The translations under genes and the position numbers were made by a program. The notes beneath the pieces are model-generated. The model was not told where the DNA came from. It did no database searches and saw nothing but the letters and a program-made list of their open reading frames with translations. This document shows positions 9,751 to 19,555 of a DNA stretch of 64,000 nucleotides, one piece after another; positions within the stretch are counted from its first letter, which is position 1; each line of letters opens with the position of its first letter. The stretch is from an uncultured Pseudomonadota bacterium. Its GTDB lineage: Bacteria > Pseudomonadota > Alphaproteobacteria > RF32 > CAG-239. The stretch covers positions 2,695 through 66,694 of the forward strand of contig CASFJS010000003.1 of assembly GCA_949295085.1 (NCBI GenBank), written 5' to 3'.

Positions 9751-11148
9751 ATGCTTGCGAAGGCCGAACTCTTGCTGCCGGCGGGCTCTTTGGTGAAACT
9801 TAAAACGGCTCTCTTATACGGCGCCGATGCCGTTTATGCCGGAACACCGGATATGTGCCTGCGTGCTCAGTCAAAATTTTCGCTTGATGAATTAAAAGAG
9901 GGCATCACCTTAACCCACGCACAAAACAAAAAAATTTATTTGACGCTCAATTTGTTCATGCACAACAGCGATATCGCAAAATTACCGGCCTTTGTCAACA
10001 CGCTGCGTGATCTAAAACCAGATGGCGTCCTGATTGCCGATCCGGGCGTATTTCAATACGTGCATGAACACGCCCCGGAGCTTAACCTTTTTGTATCAAC
10101 TCAGGCCAACATCTGCTCTTGGGCGGCGGTTAAATTTTGGCAGTCGCTGGGCGCCAAACTTTGCGTGCTCGGACGAGAGGTAACCTTTGCCGAAGCCGTA
10201 GAAATCCGCAAAAAATGTCCGGACATCCTGCTTGAAACCTTTATGCACGGCGCCATGTGCATGTCGTATTCCGGGCGCTGCCTGATATCCAATTATCTCA
10301 CCGGACGCTCGGCCAATCAGGGCAAATGCGCTCACTGTTGTCGCTGGCACTACAAACTGCACTTGCGCCTCAAAGACGGCTCCGTCAAAGAACTATTGAT
10401 TGATGAACATAATAAAGATTCCTTTGAATTTTTACTGGAAGAAGAATTCCGTCCCGGCGAATATTATGAAATCGTTGAAGACGAACATGGCGGCTACATC
10501 TTAAATTCCAAAGACATGTGCCTGCTGCCCGGGTTGCCGGATTTATTATCCGTCGGTATCGATTCGCTCAAAGTTGAAGGCCGCAACAAAACCGAATATT
10601 ATGCCGGCACCGTTGCCCGCGCTTATCGTCAGGCTATTGACGACTGGTATCAAAATCCTGCCGGATGGGACTGGCAGCGCTACATGCCGGAGCTTAATAC
10701 CCTACAAAACCGCGGCTATTGTCTCGGATTTCACAACGGCGCATTAACAAACCTCAGCCAAAATTACGAATATACCCGCACTTTGGGAGACTGGCTGTTT
10801 GCCGGTTCAATCACCGAGTGGCAAAATGATGATGCCGTTTTTGAAATCCGCAATTTTATCAATGCCGGCGAAGAAATCGAATTTTTAATCCCCGGCTCTC
10901 TGGAGGTGCTCAAACTGCGGCTCAATGATTTTGAAGACGCCTCAACCGGTGAAAAGACACCCAAAGTTTCGGCCGGACAGCACAAAGCCGTTCGCATCCG
11001 TCCGTCCGACTGGCCGCGACCGGTTGCCGAGATAAAAAAACTCCTGCCGCAATATACCATCGCCCGCAAATTTATGCCGCTTACCGGTGACGGACGCATC
11101 CTGCTTGATCATAAAATCAACGAATTTGCCAAACTCTGCGGTATCTAG
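9751..11148 (+). CDS. U32 family protein (YegQ/TrhP-like, ~460 aa class)
   Basis: Carries the U32 signature ETFMHGAMCMSYSGRCLISNYLTGRSANQGKCAHCCRW. Size and C-terminal domain resemble YegQ. Confidence 0.85.
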   Translation: MLAKAELLLPAGSLVKLKTALLYGADAVYAGTPDMCLRAQSKFSLDELKEGITLTHAQNKKIYLTLNLFMHNSDIAKLPAFVNTLRDLKPDGVLIADPGVFQYVHEHAPELNLFVSTQANICSWAAVKFWQSLGAKLCVLGREVTFAEAVEIRKKCPDILLETFMHGAMCMSYSGRCLISNYLTGRSANQGKCAHCCRWHYKLHLRLKDGSVKELLIDEHNKDSFEFLLEEEFRPGEYYEIVEDEHGGYILNSKDMCLLPGLPDLLSVGIDSLKVEGRNKTEYYAGTVARAYRQAIDDWYQNPAGWDWQRYMPELNTLQNRGYCLGFHNGALTNLSQNYEYTRTLGDWLFAGSITEWQNDDAVFEIRNFINAGEEIEFLIPGSLEVLKLRLNDFEDASTGEKTPKVSAGQHKAVRIRPSDWPRPVAEIKKLLPQYTIARKFMPLTGDGRILLDHKINEFAKLCGI

Positions 11149-11336
11149 CCTTTAGACACCGACGGCACCGACCTTTATCCTCTTTTTTGTCATCAAAAAT
11201 TTTTGCCAGTAAATTTAACTTCATATAAATTCATTTTTTTCTCTTGCGTCAAAAATCAAAATTTCTTACCATGTCGGACGCACGGTTGTTTATGACAACC
11301 TGTTGTTAAACATTTTTTATGCAAAGGACATTACAA

Positions 11337-12491
11337 ATGAGTTATCTTTTTACCAGCGAGGCCGTATCCGAAGGCCATCCGGACAAAGTCTGCGATGCCA
11401 TATCCGATACGATCGTCGATTTATATTTAAGCCGCGATGCCAAGGCGCGCACGGCCATTGAAACTTTAGCCACAACCAATCGGGTAATAATCGCCGGCGA
11501 AACATCTTCCGCCGTCCCCGTATCCGAGGAGGATATTGAAAACAGTGTCCGCCAAACCGTTAAAAACATTGGTTATGATCAAAAAGGGTTTTCCTGGCGT
11601 GATGTCAATATCCAAAGCTATCTGCACAAGCAATCGGCCGATATTGCTTTGGGTGTTGATAAAACCGGTGCCGGCGACCAGGGCATTATGTTCGGCTATG
11701 CCTGCCGCGAAGACGGCATTGACACAAATTACATGCCGCTGGCCATTTACTTGTCTAATTTAATCCTCAAAAACCTGAGCAATGCCAGACATTCCGAAAA
11801 AATAAGCGGTATTTTGCCTGATGCCAAAAGTCAGGTCACGATAGAATACGACGATTCGGGCAAGCCCGTAAAAGCGGCCAAGATTGTTGTCTCCACCCAA
11901 CATGAAGCACAGCTGTCACAGGATGAAGTCCGCGAAATCGTTAAAAGATATATCACCTCAAGCCTGCCCTCCGGCTGGACGATTGACGAGCAAAATATAC
12001 TTATCAACCCGACCGGACGTTTTGTCATCGGTGGTCCGGACGGTGATACCGGTTTGACCGGACGCAAGATTATTGTTGACACTTACGGCGGCTATGCGCC
12101 CCACGGCGGCGGCGCCTTTTCCGGCAAAGATCCGACCAAAGTCGACCGCTCGGCAGCTTACATGTTGCGCTATATTGCCAAAAACATTGTTGCCGCTGGT
12201 CTGGCTAAAGAGTGTGTTCTGCAGGTTTCATACGCTATCGGTATTACCGATCCGCTGTCCGTATATCTTGATACGCGCGGCAGTGCCGAAGTTGATGAAA
12301 CAAAAATACTGAAAATCATCAAAGAAATGTTTGATCTGACACCGGCCGGTATCATCCGGCAACTGAATTTGCAAGCCCCTGTCTATCTGCCGACGGCAGC
12401 CTACGGCCACTTTGGTCGTACACCGGACGCCGCGGGGCATTTTAGCTGGGAAAAAACCGACAAAGCCGAGGAGCTCAAAAAATGCTTCTAA
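11337..12491 (+). CDS. metK: S-adenosylmethionine synthase
   Basis: Motifs SEGHPDKVCD, GAGDQGIMFGYA and GGGAFSGKDPTKVDRS. I set the start at the second ATG (11337, MSYLFTSE), which is preceded by AAAGGA. Confidence 0.96.
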   Translation: MSYLFTSEAVSEGHPDKVCDAISDTIVDLYLSRDAKARTAIETLATTNRVIIAGETSSAVPVSEEDIENSVRQTVKNIGYDQKGFSWRDVNIQSYLHKQSADIALGVDKTGAGDQGIMFGYACREDGIDTNYMPLAIYLSNLILKNLSNARHSEKISGILPDAKSQVTIEYDDSGKPVKAAKIVVSTQHEAQLSQDEVREIVKRYITSSLPSGWTIDEQNILINPTGRFVIGGPDGDTGLTGRKIIVDTYGGYAPHGGGAFSGKDPTKVDRSAAYMLRYIAKNIVAAGLAKECVLQVSYAIGITDPLSVYLDTRGSAEVDETKILKIIKEMFDLTPAGIIRQLNLQAPVYLPTAAYGHFGRTPDAAGHFSWEKTDKAEELKKCF

Positions 12492-13204
12492 GTGACAAGC
12501 CGAAATTTTACGGTCGTCGTCAGGGACGCAAAATTCGCAAAGCAAAGAGCGGTCTTCTTGACCGCTTTTTGCCCCGGATTGCCTTACCGCAAAATATCTC
12601 CGTAACTCAAGATTTGTTCGGAACCCCCGTCAGGGAATTATGGCTTGAAATCGGTTTTGGCAACGGCGAGCATCTTGCCGGCCAGGCCTTAAATCATCCG
12701 GACATCGGCTTTATTGGAGCCGAGGTTTTCAAAAACGGCGTAGCCAATCTGCTCACCCTGCTGACCGGAATCAAACAAAACGCCGATATGCCCGAACATA
12801 TCACTCTTCTGCCGGAACGCGTCGACAACGTCCGTATCTGGGCCGATGACGTCCGTCTGCTTTTTACACTCATCCCCGACGGCGCATTAAGCCGTGTTTT
12901 TTTGTTGTTTCCGGATCCCTGGCCAAAAAAACGCCACGCACCGCGCCGTTTTATTAATCCGGAAAACTTAAAAGAAATTGCCCGCATCTTAAAAAAAGGC
13001 GGTCTTTTTCGCATTGCAACCGATCACCCGGTTTACAAAAGCTGGGCTCTGCGCCGCATGACCGATGATAAAAATTTTCGCTGGACCGCCAAACAAAGCA
13101 ATGACTGGCGCCGGCCGCCGGCCGACTGGATTGAAACCAAATATCAGCGCAAAGCCGTTGCCGAAGGCCGCCGCCCGATATTTCTTGACTTTGAACGCCT
13201 TTAA
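12482..13204 (+). CDS. trmB: tRNA (guanine46-N7)-methyltransferase
   Basis: Motifs LEIGFGNGEHL (SAM binding) and FPDPWPKKRH. It overlaps the metK end by 10 nt. Confidence 0.9.
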   Translation: MLLSDKPKFYGRRQGRKIRKAKSGLLDRFLPRIALPQNISVTQDLFGTPVRELWLEIGFGNGEHLAGQALNHPDIGFIGAEVFKNGVANLLTLLTGIKQNADMPEHITLLPERVDNVRIWADDVRLLFTLIPDGALSRVFLLFPDPWPKKRHAPRRFINPENLKEIARILKKGGLFRIATDHPVYKSWALRRMTDDKNFRWTAKQSNDWRRPPADWIETKYQRKAVAEGRRPIFLDFERL

Positions 13205-13263
13205 TTATTAAATAACAATGGTTATTTAAGAGGAAGCACCTTAAAACAGGGGGAGAACACATA

Positions 13264-14625
13264 ATGCAAAATTCGGCCGGAAACATCAGTCTGACTCTCA
13301 TTCTTGTTGCCGTCACCGCTTCTTTGGGCGGTTTGTTATCCGGATTTGACATGGGCGTTATTTCCGGCGCTCTGCTGTATATCAACCAAACCTGGCAACT
13401 AACATCTCTTGAACAGGGCTGGTTGGTATCTTCGGCAATTGCAGGCTCCGTGATCGGTGCCGCCGCCAACGGCTTTTTGGCAGATCTTTACGGCCGCAAA
13501 AAAATTATTATAGCCACGGCATTAATCTTTATCATCGGCTCTGTTATGTGCGGTTGCGCACCGACGGTCGGCTGGCTGATTTTTTCGCGCGTCGTCATCG
13601 GCATTGCCGTTGGCATGATAAGCTTCGTTGCCCCCGTTTATCTGTCTGAGATTGCCCCGGAAAAGATCCGCGGCAGACTGGTTACTTTGTACCAAGTAGC
13701 ATTAACCGCCGGCATTTTGCTGTCTTACCTGATTAATCGCATTTTTGCCAATACCGAATTTAATTGGCGACTCATGCTGGCTTCCGGGACCCTGCCGGCA
13801 ATTATCCTGCTGACCGGTATTTTGTTTTTGCACGACACGCCACGCTGGTTGATCAGCAAAAACAAAATCGATGAAGCTAAAGCCGTCTTCAAAAAAATTT
13901 CCCCGACCGCAGATATCGATCATCACATTGCCGAGATTCAATCCACCTTATCGGCTTCCGCCGTCAAAGAAAAGTTAACCCTGCAAAAATGGATGATTAT
14001 GCCGGTTTTTGTCGGCGTCGGCCTAATGTTTGTCCAAATATGCACCGGCATTAATACCATCATTTATTACACACCGACAATCTTTAACCTTGCCGGCTTT
14101 GCCGACAACATCGGCGCTATTTATGCCACCATCGGCATCGGTGTTGTCAACTTTTTCATGACTTTTGTTGCCGTTGCCTACGCTGACAAATTTGGTCGCA
14201 AACCACTGCTTTATATCGGCTTAAGCGGCATGCTCATCAGTCTTCTGAGCTTATCGGGTTCTTTTGCTCTGGGCGAAGCGGGAAAATGGCTGGCCGTTGG
14301 CTCGGTTGTTGTTTATATTGCTTCTTTTGCCATGAGTCTGGGACCGATTTGCTGGGTTATGGTTTCTGAGATTATGCCCCTCAAAATCCGTGGTTTTGCC
14401 ATGTCGGCAGCCACTATTGCCAATTTTGCTTTCAACTTTGTTGTCGTCTTAAGCTTTTTGCCGATGCTTGAAACCTTTGGCAAAGCCCCGACATTCTTGG
14501 TCTTTGCCGTAATAACGCTTTTATCGCTGTTCTTTATCTACTTCTTTGTGCCGGAGACCAAAGGCATATCCCTTGAAAAAATCGAAAATAACTGGCACAA
14601 CCACGTCCCTCCGCGCCGTTTTTAA
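13264..14625 (+). CDS. MFS sugar-porter family transporter
   Basis: 453 aa with about 12 TM segments. Sugar-porter motifs are GRKKII after TM2, PRWL and PETKG near the C-terminus. Confidence 0.88.
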   Translation: MQNSAGNISLTLILVAVTASLGGLLSGFDMGVISGALLYINQTWQLTSLEQGWLVSSAIAGSVIGAAANGFLADLYGRKKIIIATALIFIIGSVMCGCAPTVGWLIFSRVVIGIAVGMISFVAPVYLSEIAPEKIRGRLVTLYQVALTAGILLSYLINRIFANTEFNWRLMLASGTLPAIILLTGILFLHDTPRWLISKNKIDEAKAVFKKISPTADIDHHIAEIQSTLSASAVKEKLTLQKWMIMPVFVGVGLMFVQICTGINTIIYYTPTIFNLAGFADNIGAIYATIGIGVVNFFMTFVAVAYADKFGRKPLLYIGLSGMLISLLSLSGSFALGEAGKWLAVGSVVVYIASFAMSLGPICWVMVSEIMPLKIRGFAMSAATIANFAFNFVVVLSFLPMLETFGKAPTFLVFAVITLLSLFFIYFFVPETKGISLEKIENNWHNHVPPRRF

Positions 14626-14645
14626 TCATTGTGGGGGACGAAAAC

Positions 14646-15704
14646 ATGAAAATTTTGGTTGGCATGAGCGGCGGTGTTGATTCTTCTGTTGCAGCCTTGC
14701 TTTTAAAACAAGCCGGACATGAAGTTATCGGCGCCACCATGTCTTTTTGGGATAAGGACGACACTTTCCGAAATCTGACCGGAAAAGGTTGTTTTTCACC
14801 ACATGACGATGACATCGCCGCGGCTCAAAAAATCTGCGCCCAATTAGGAATAAGCCATCTTTTAATAGACTGCACCCAAGAATACCGCCGCGCCGTTTTG
14901 GATAATTTTCGCAGCGAATATGCCGCCGGACGCACCCCCAACCCTTGCGTTATCTGCAACGCCAAAATCAAATTTGCCGTTCTGCCGCAAGCCGCCCGCC
15001 ATCAGGGACTTGAATTTGACAAATTTGCCACCGGCCATTATGCCGGCCTGCGCTTTAATGAAGATACCGGATTTTACCAAATTTTGCGCGGCCTTGACGC
15101 CCAAAAAGACCAATCTTATTTTCTCTATCGTCTGTCGCAGAAACAACTGTCGCAAATTATGCTTCCTTTGGGCGATAAGACCAAAACCGAAATTCGCGCT
15201 CTGGCACGACAAGCCGGTCTGGATGTTTCCGACAAACCGGACAGTCAGGATTTTTATACCGGAAAACTAAGCGATATTCTCCGCTTTGCCCCTCGTCCCG
15301 GAAATTTTATAAACCGCGACGGCAAGATCCTCGGTCGGCATAACGGCCATTGGAATTTTACCATCGGCCAACGCCGAGGTCTGGGGTTGTCGGCCGACCG
15401 CCCGCTTTATGTCATCGGAATTAACAAAGAAAAAAACGAAGTCGTTGTCGGCTGCGCCGAAGAGGCTTTATATCAAAACCTAACCGCTTCCGACTGGGTC
15501 TGGCAAATTCCGGTGCCAACGGCTCCTTTCCGCTGCCGGGCCAAAATTCGCTCATCTCAGACAGCCGTTGATGTCAGCCTGTCCGCTCTTGATAAAAACC
15601 GTTGGCAGGTTACCTTTGACAAGCCGCAAAGTGCCGTCGCTCCGGGACAATCGGTTGTCCTTTACGACGATAATGCTTTGCTCGGCGGAGGCTTTATCGA
15701 TTAA
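14646..15704 (+). CDS. mnmA: tRNA 2-thiouridine(34) synthase MnmA
   Basis: Contains the PP-loop GMSGGVDSSV and the TGHYA motif. The start is the ATG at 14646, 6 nt after GGGGGA; the track ORF begins at a GTG at 14631. Confidence 0.93.
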   Translation: MKILVGMSGGVDSSVAALLLKQAGHEVIGATMSFWDKDDTFRNLTGKGCFSPHDDDIAAAQKICAQLGISHLLIDCTQEYRRAVLDNFRSEYAAGRTPNPCVICNAKIKFAVLPQAARHQGLEFDKFATGHYAGLRFNEDTGFYQILRGLDAQKDQSYFLYRLSQKQLSQIMLPLGDKTKTEIRALARQAGLDVSDKPDSQDFYTGKLSDILRFAPRPGNFINRDGKILGRHNGHWNFTIGQRRGLGLSADRPLYVIGINKEKNEVVVGCAEEALYQNLTASDWVWQIPVPTAPFRCRAKIRSSQTAVDVSLSALDKNRWQVTFDKPQSAVAPGQSVVLYDDNALLGGGFID

Positions 15705-15707
15705 ACT

Positions 15708-16307
15708 CTAAAGATACTTAAGAACCGCAAATCCGCCGATTAACAACAACAAAAACAAAACAGACAAAACGCCCAGATGTTTCTCAATAAAGACTTTCAT
15801 TGGCGCGCCGTATTTTTTCAGTAACCACGCCACCAAAAAGAATCTCATACCGCGCGCCAGAACCGAAGCCACGGTAAACACAACCAAATCCAAATGCACC
15901 ACACCGCTGGCAATGGTAATAATCTTGTACGGAAACGGCGTAATACCGGCACCAAAAACAATCCAGGCACCGTATTCGTGATAATATTCCTCAAATTCAT
16001 GAAACTGTGCCAAAGCATTATAAAAATCCAAAATCGGTTTGGCAATCAAATCAAACGCAAAAACGCCTATCCCATACCCGAAATAACCGCCCAAAACGCT
16101 GGCAAATGTTGCCAAACCGGCAATCCGCCAGGCTTTGTTCGGCGTTGCCAAAACCATGGGAATAATCATCACGTCCGGCGGTATCGGAAAAAACGAACTC
16201 TCGGCAAAAGCCACCAAAAACAGAAAGAACATGGCGTTGGCATGCGCCGACCATTCAAGCATAATATCATAAATTTTCTGAACCAAGGCATGAAACGTCT
16301 TGAGCAT
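15708..16307 (-). CDS. DedA/YqaA family membrane protein
   Basis: Contains the FAESSFFPIPPDV motif and several TM segments. The start is the ATG at 16307 (MLKTFHA), preceded by AAGGGG. Confidence 0.8.
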   Translation of the reverse strand: MLKTFHALVQKIYDIMLEWSAHANAMFFLFLVAFAESSFFPIPPDVMIIPMVLATPNKAWRIAGLATFASVLGGYFGYGIGVFAFDLIAKPILDFYNALAQFHEFEEYYHEYGAWIVFGAGITPFPYKIITIASGVVHLDLVVFTVASVLARGMRFFLVAWLLKKYGAPMKVFIEKHLGVLSVLFLLLLIGGFAVLKYL

Positions 16308-16354
16308 AATTACCCCTTTAAGCAAAAAACAACATGCCGAAAATATTAAAGACT

Positions 16355-16771
16355 CTAATGTAAATTGCAACCGTTTTTTGTAATTTCCAGCATTTTTTCC
16401 CAAACAGCCTGTTTATAAATTTTTTTCACTCTCGGCATTTTGACATCGGCCGGACAATCGCGACGCGAACTCATAATTGCAAAATACGTCTGACAACAAG
16501 ACGGCAAATTTTTATCAATAATCCTCACAAGTTCCTTTTCATGCCGGGGCACAAAATCCTCATCAATAAATATCCATTCCGGCAAAACCGTTTTTGCATA
16601 CTTTAACAACAAAAACAAATTATCCGTTGCAAAAACCCGACACCCCTTGCTCTGCAGCAACCGGGAATACAAAGTCAAAAAATCTTTATCATTATCCAAC
16701 AAAAAAACAACTTTATCTGCCACGGCAAATCTCCTGCTAAAAATGATACCGTCAGCAAATATAATCCTCAT
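16355..16771 (-). CDS. Divergent single-domain CheY-like receiver protein (putative)
   Basis: KVVFLLDNDKDFLTLYSRLLQSKGCRVFATDN..LPEWIFIDEDF follows the receiver layout, with an acidic pair DND and a candidate phospho-Asp in IFIDED. The start is placed at MRIIFADG, just after the folD stop. The longer track ORF overlaps folD. Confidence 0.4.
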   Translation of the reverse strand: MRIIFADGIIFSRRFAVADKVVFLLDNDKDFLTLYSRLLQSKGCRVFATDNLFLLLKYAKTVLPEWIFIDEDFVPRHEKELVRIIDKNLPSCCQTYFAIMSSRRDCPADVKMPRVKKIYKQAVWEKMLEITKNGCNLH

Positions 16772-16781
16772 AAACCAATTT

Positions 16782-17684
16782 TTAAGGGCAACATTTCCCG
16801 CAACCGCACTGATGGTTCCCGTAATCACAGGCCTGCGCACTTTGTTGCCTGCAAAACGCCGCAAAAGTGTTTTCCAGCAACATCGCCACGGTCATCGGCC
16901 CGACCCCTCCCGGCACCGGCGTGATAAAGGCGGCTTTTTCTTTTGCCGCTTCAAAATCAACATCACCACACAGCTTGCCATCCATCCGGTTAATACCGAC
17001 ATCAACAACCACCGCGCCATCCTTCAACCACTCGGCTTTAATCAGCTTTGCCCGGCCGCAGGCTGCGACCACAATATCGGCCTGGCTGACAATGTCCGGC
17101 AAATTTCCGGTTTTGGAATGTGCTAACGTAACCGTGCAATTATGGTTTGTTAACAGCATCGCCATCGGTTTACCGACAATATTTGACCGCCCGACAACCA
17201 CCGCACTTTTACCTTCCAGTTCAATTCCCGTTGAAAGCAAAAGCTCCAAAACGCCTTTTGGCGTGGCCGATATCAAAGCGTCCGGATGATTATAGGACAA
17301 CAGCCCCGTATTATACGGACTAAAACCGTCAACATCTTTTTCCGGACGAATACGAGACAAAATCTTCAACGAATTAAGCGTCTTCGGCAACGGTAACTGC
17401 ACGATAATTCCGTTAATATGCGGATTATCGTTAAGCTCATCAATAACCTCCAACAAAGCATTTTCACCGATGGTTGAAGAAAACTCCATAACCTCACAAC
17501 CGATTCCAACCTCGGCCGCTGCCTTTTTCTTATTGCGGACATAAATTTTGCTGGCCTCATCATCACCAACCAAAATCACCGCCAAAACCGGCATATTCTC
17601 AGACGGATACTGCCTTATCTTTTCGGCTAATTTTTCCCGATATATTGCCGATATTTCTTTTCCGGATATGATTTGTGCGCTCAT
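16782..17684 (-). CDS. folD: Bifunctional methylenetetrahydrofolate dehydrogenase/cyclohydrolase
   Basis: Motifs VGRSNIVGKPMAMLL and TPVPGGVGPMTVAMLL. The protein is 300 aa with a short Cys-rich C-terminal tail. Confidence 0.94.
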   Translation of the reverse strand: MSAQIISGKEISAIYREKLAEKIRQYPSENMPVLAVILVGDDEASKIYVRNKKKAAAEVGIGCEVMEFSSTIGENALLEVIDELNDNPHINGIIVQLPLPKTLNSLKILSRIRPEKDVDGFSPYNTGLLSYNHPDALISATPKGVLELLLSTGIELEGKSAVVVGRSNIVGKPMAMLLTNHNCTVTLAHSKTGNLPDIVSQADIVVAACGRAKLIKAEWLKDGAVVVDVGINRMDGKLCGDVDFEAAKEKAAFITPVPGGVGPMTVAMLLENTFAAFCRQQSAQACDYGNHQCGCGKCCP

Positions 17685-17996
17685 CTAATCTCCTTTTGCC
17701 AACGCCTCCAACGCCGGCAAAACATATTCCTTTTCACAATCGATCAAAATTTTTTTGTCCCTTTCGGTCATGCCGGCAACAATCCGCAAACAAGACTTGG
17801 CCAACTTCAATTTTTTAGCCAGCCATTCCACAAGCTCTTGATTGGCCCTGCCTTTCTCGGGAATACTCACAACACAGACTTTAAGATACTTTTTGCCGTC
17901 TGCCCCCTCATAAATACCGGCAACCCGGCGACCCGACGCATTCGGCTGCAACCGCACCCGAATAACCACACCCCGTGCTGTTACCTCAAAAAACAC
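17685..17996 (-). CDS. YggU/DUF167 family protein
   Basis: 103 aa. The pattern VRLQPNASGRRV..LKVCVVSIPEKGRANQELVEWLAK is typical of DUF167, and the gene lies next to yggT. Confidence 0.8.
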   Translation of the reverse strand: MFFEVTARGVVIRVRLQPNASGRRVAGIYEGADGKKYLKVCVVSIPEKGRANQELVEWLAKKLKLAKSCLRIVAGMTERDKKILIDCEKEYVLPALEALAKGD

Positions 17997-18302
17997 CTAG
18001 CCGGCCACCATAATCCTCAAACTGACAATCACCCTGCCGATAAAATACAAAACCAGCAAAACGGCAAACGGCGTAAAATCTATTCCCGAAAAGACCATCG
18101 GAACTTTTGATTTAATTTTATTATAAACCGGAACCGTGGCCTTATCCAACAATTCGACCGTTTTTTGAGCATATTTGTTGGACGGCGTCAGCACTTTAAA
18201 ATGTATCAGCCAGAACAAAACCACCTGAACCACGACGATTTTAAAGTAAATATCAACAAGTAAGCCCAAAACTTCCAAAAACGGATCCAAAATAATCATC
18301 AA
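17997..18302 (-). CDS. YggT family membrane protein
   Basis: 101 aa with two TM segments, of YggT type. Its stop abuts the yggU start. Confidence 0.75.
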   Translation of the reverse strand: MMIILDPFLEVLGLLVDIYFKIVVVQVVLFWLIHFKVLTPSNKYAQKTVELLDKATVPVYNKIKSKVPMVFSGIDFTPFAVLLVLYFIGRVIVSLRIMVAG

Positions 18303-18368
18303 AATTCTCCCTGTTTATGATAACATTCGTCTGTTTGCATACCTCAAATTCCGGTCATTGTCAACTTT

Positions 18369-19526
18369 TTAGGCCGACATTGCATTTGAATACTCCTGAT
18401 ACCTTTTCACCGTAAACCCGCGCAAATTTTGCACCCTGTTCCGAAGATCATCGGCTGTCCGCGGCTCAGTCTGTGACCTTTGCCACGCTTCTTTGCTTTG
18501 TCCGTTACGCATGGCTTCCAACATCGCCAACATCTGTTCTCTGTTGCGTACGGCCGTACTGATTTTGTTTTCGGCCTGTTCCCGGGTATGCGTTTCCGGC
18601 CGCAACCTGACAAAACTCTCACCGATGCCGTGTTCCAAAGATGTTGTGTCGATTCCGCGACGCTCCAATCGCCGCTCACCCAAACCTGAGGCAAGTTCAT
18701 CAACCAGAGCAATTGTTGCAATTCCCACCGTTGCGGCAACGGCCTCCTGCCGCTCGCTCTGTTCCTGTTTGGCAAAATACTCCCGGCTGTCGGCATGGTC
18801 TTTCGTCGCTTTGGTCTTCTCGCGCAAACGGTACAACTCGCTCAATTTAAATGTCAAAAATTTCAACTTTTGCTGAGCTTCGGCCTGCTGCCGACTGTTC
18901 GGATTAAACGCCGCTCCGCTGTAAAGTGATATAACCCTCTTGATTTCCGTTTCACGATCATCTAAAAAAGCAATAAACGTGTTGCGTTGAGCAATCTCAT
19001 CTTCCGTCGTGCCACAGGTATTAATATCCACCTCAATCTTTTTCTGCCGTTCAATCCAATCATAATACTCGGCACGAGGGTCTTCTTCGGAATACAGGTG
19101 TTGCAAGTTTTCGGCAATCAAAAAGTCCAAATCAAACGCGTCCATTTTCTGTTGGCCGACATTAACCTTGGCCTGTGAACGATCCTCCAGCGACTGCCAT
19201 AAAATCGGGCTCCACATAGCATTAAAGCGCCCGTAATCCCCGACTTGTTTAGAAGCCATATGCGTTACCAGTTCCAAACGACGCTCATCAAGCCGTTGCG
19301 CCTTTATCAGCTCATCAGCCTTTTGCCTGAGATCTTGCGGATTCATTTTAGCCAGACTGTTGCTCAACGCCTCGTTCCGGACCTTAATATCCGGCGGCAG
19401 ATACGTATGCGCAAACGGCCGGTTATCCAGCTCAAATCCGAGCTGTTCCTTAAAATCGGCATATTCCTCAAACTCTCGCATCTGAGAAATATCAACATCT
19501 TGCAAATTAATGATCATATTTTCCAT
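18369..19526 (-). CDS. Hypothetical protein (orphan, charged, coiled-coil rich)
   Basis: 385-aa ORF with coding-like composition. I recognise no signal peptide, TM segment or motif. It lies 29 nt downstream of the TerB-like gene. Confidence 0.55.
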   Translation of the reverse strand: MENMIINLQDVDISQMREFEEYADFKEQLGFELDNRPFAHTYLPPDIKVRNEALSNSLAKMNPQDLRQKADELIKAQRLDERRLELVTHMASKQVGDYGRFNAMWSPILWQSLEDRSQAKVNVGQQKMDAFDLDFLIAENLQHLYSEEDPRAEYYDWIERQKKIEVDINTCGTTEDEIAQRNTFIAFLDDRETEIKRVISLYSGAAFNPNSRQQAEAQQKLKFLTFKLSELYRLREKTKATKDHADSREYFAKQEQSERQEAVAATVGIATIALVDELASGLGERRLERRGIDTTSLEHGIGESFVRLRPETHTREQAENKISTAVRNREQMLAMLEAMRNGQSKEAWQRSQTEPRTADDLRNRVQNLRGFTVKRYQEYSNAMSA

Positions 19527-19555
19527 GAAAACACGCTCCTCCCCGTCATCCGAGC

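Noticed and set aside
11149-11336. Possible SAM riboswitch in the 188-nt metK leader (hairpin GGTTGT-ttatg-ACAACC at ~11293-11309, followed by a U-rich tract and AAAGG)
   Set aside because: I could not match the sequence convincingly to the SAM-II, SAM-V or SAM/SAH pseudoknot consensus from memory. Only a short generic hairpin is visible. It needs an Rfam covariance-model scan (RF00521, RF01826, RF01727), and a hit above the gathering threshold would revive it.
16772-16864. Upstream part of track ORF 16355-16864, overlapping the folD 3' end
   Set aside because: The overlap region has no receiver-domain similarity. The internal Met at 16771 sits just after the folD stop, so the long form is probably an overextension.
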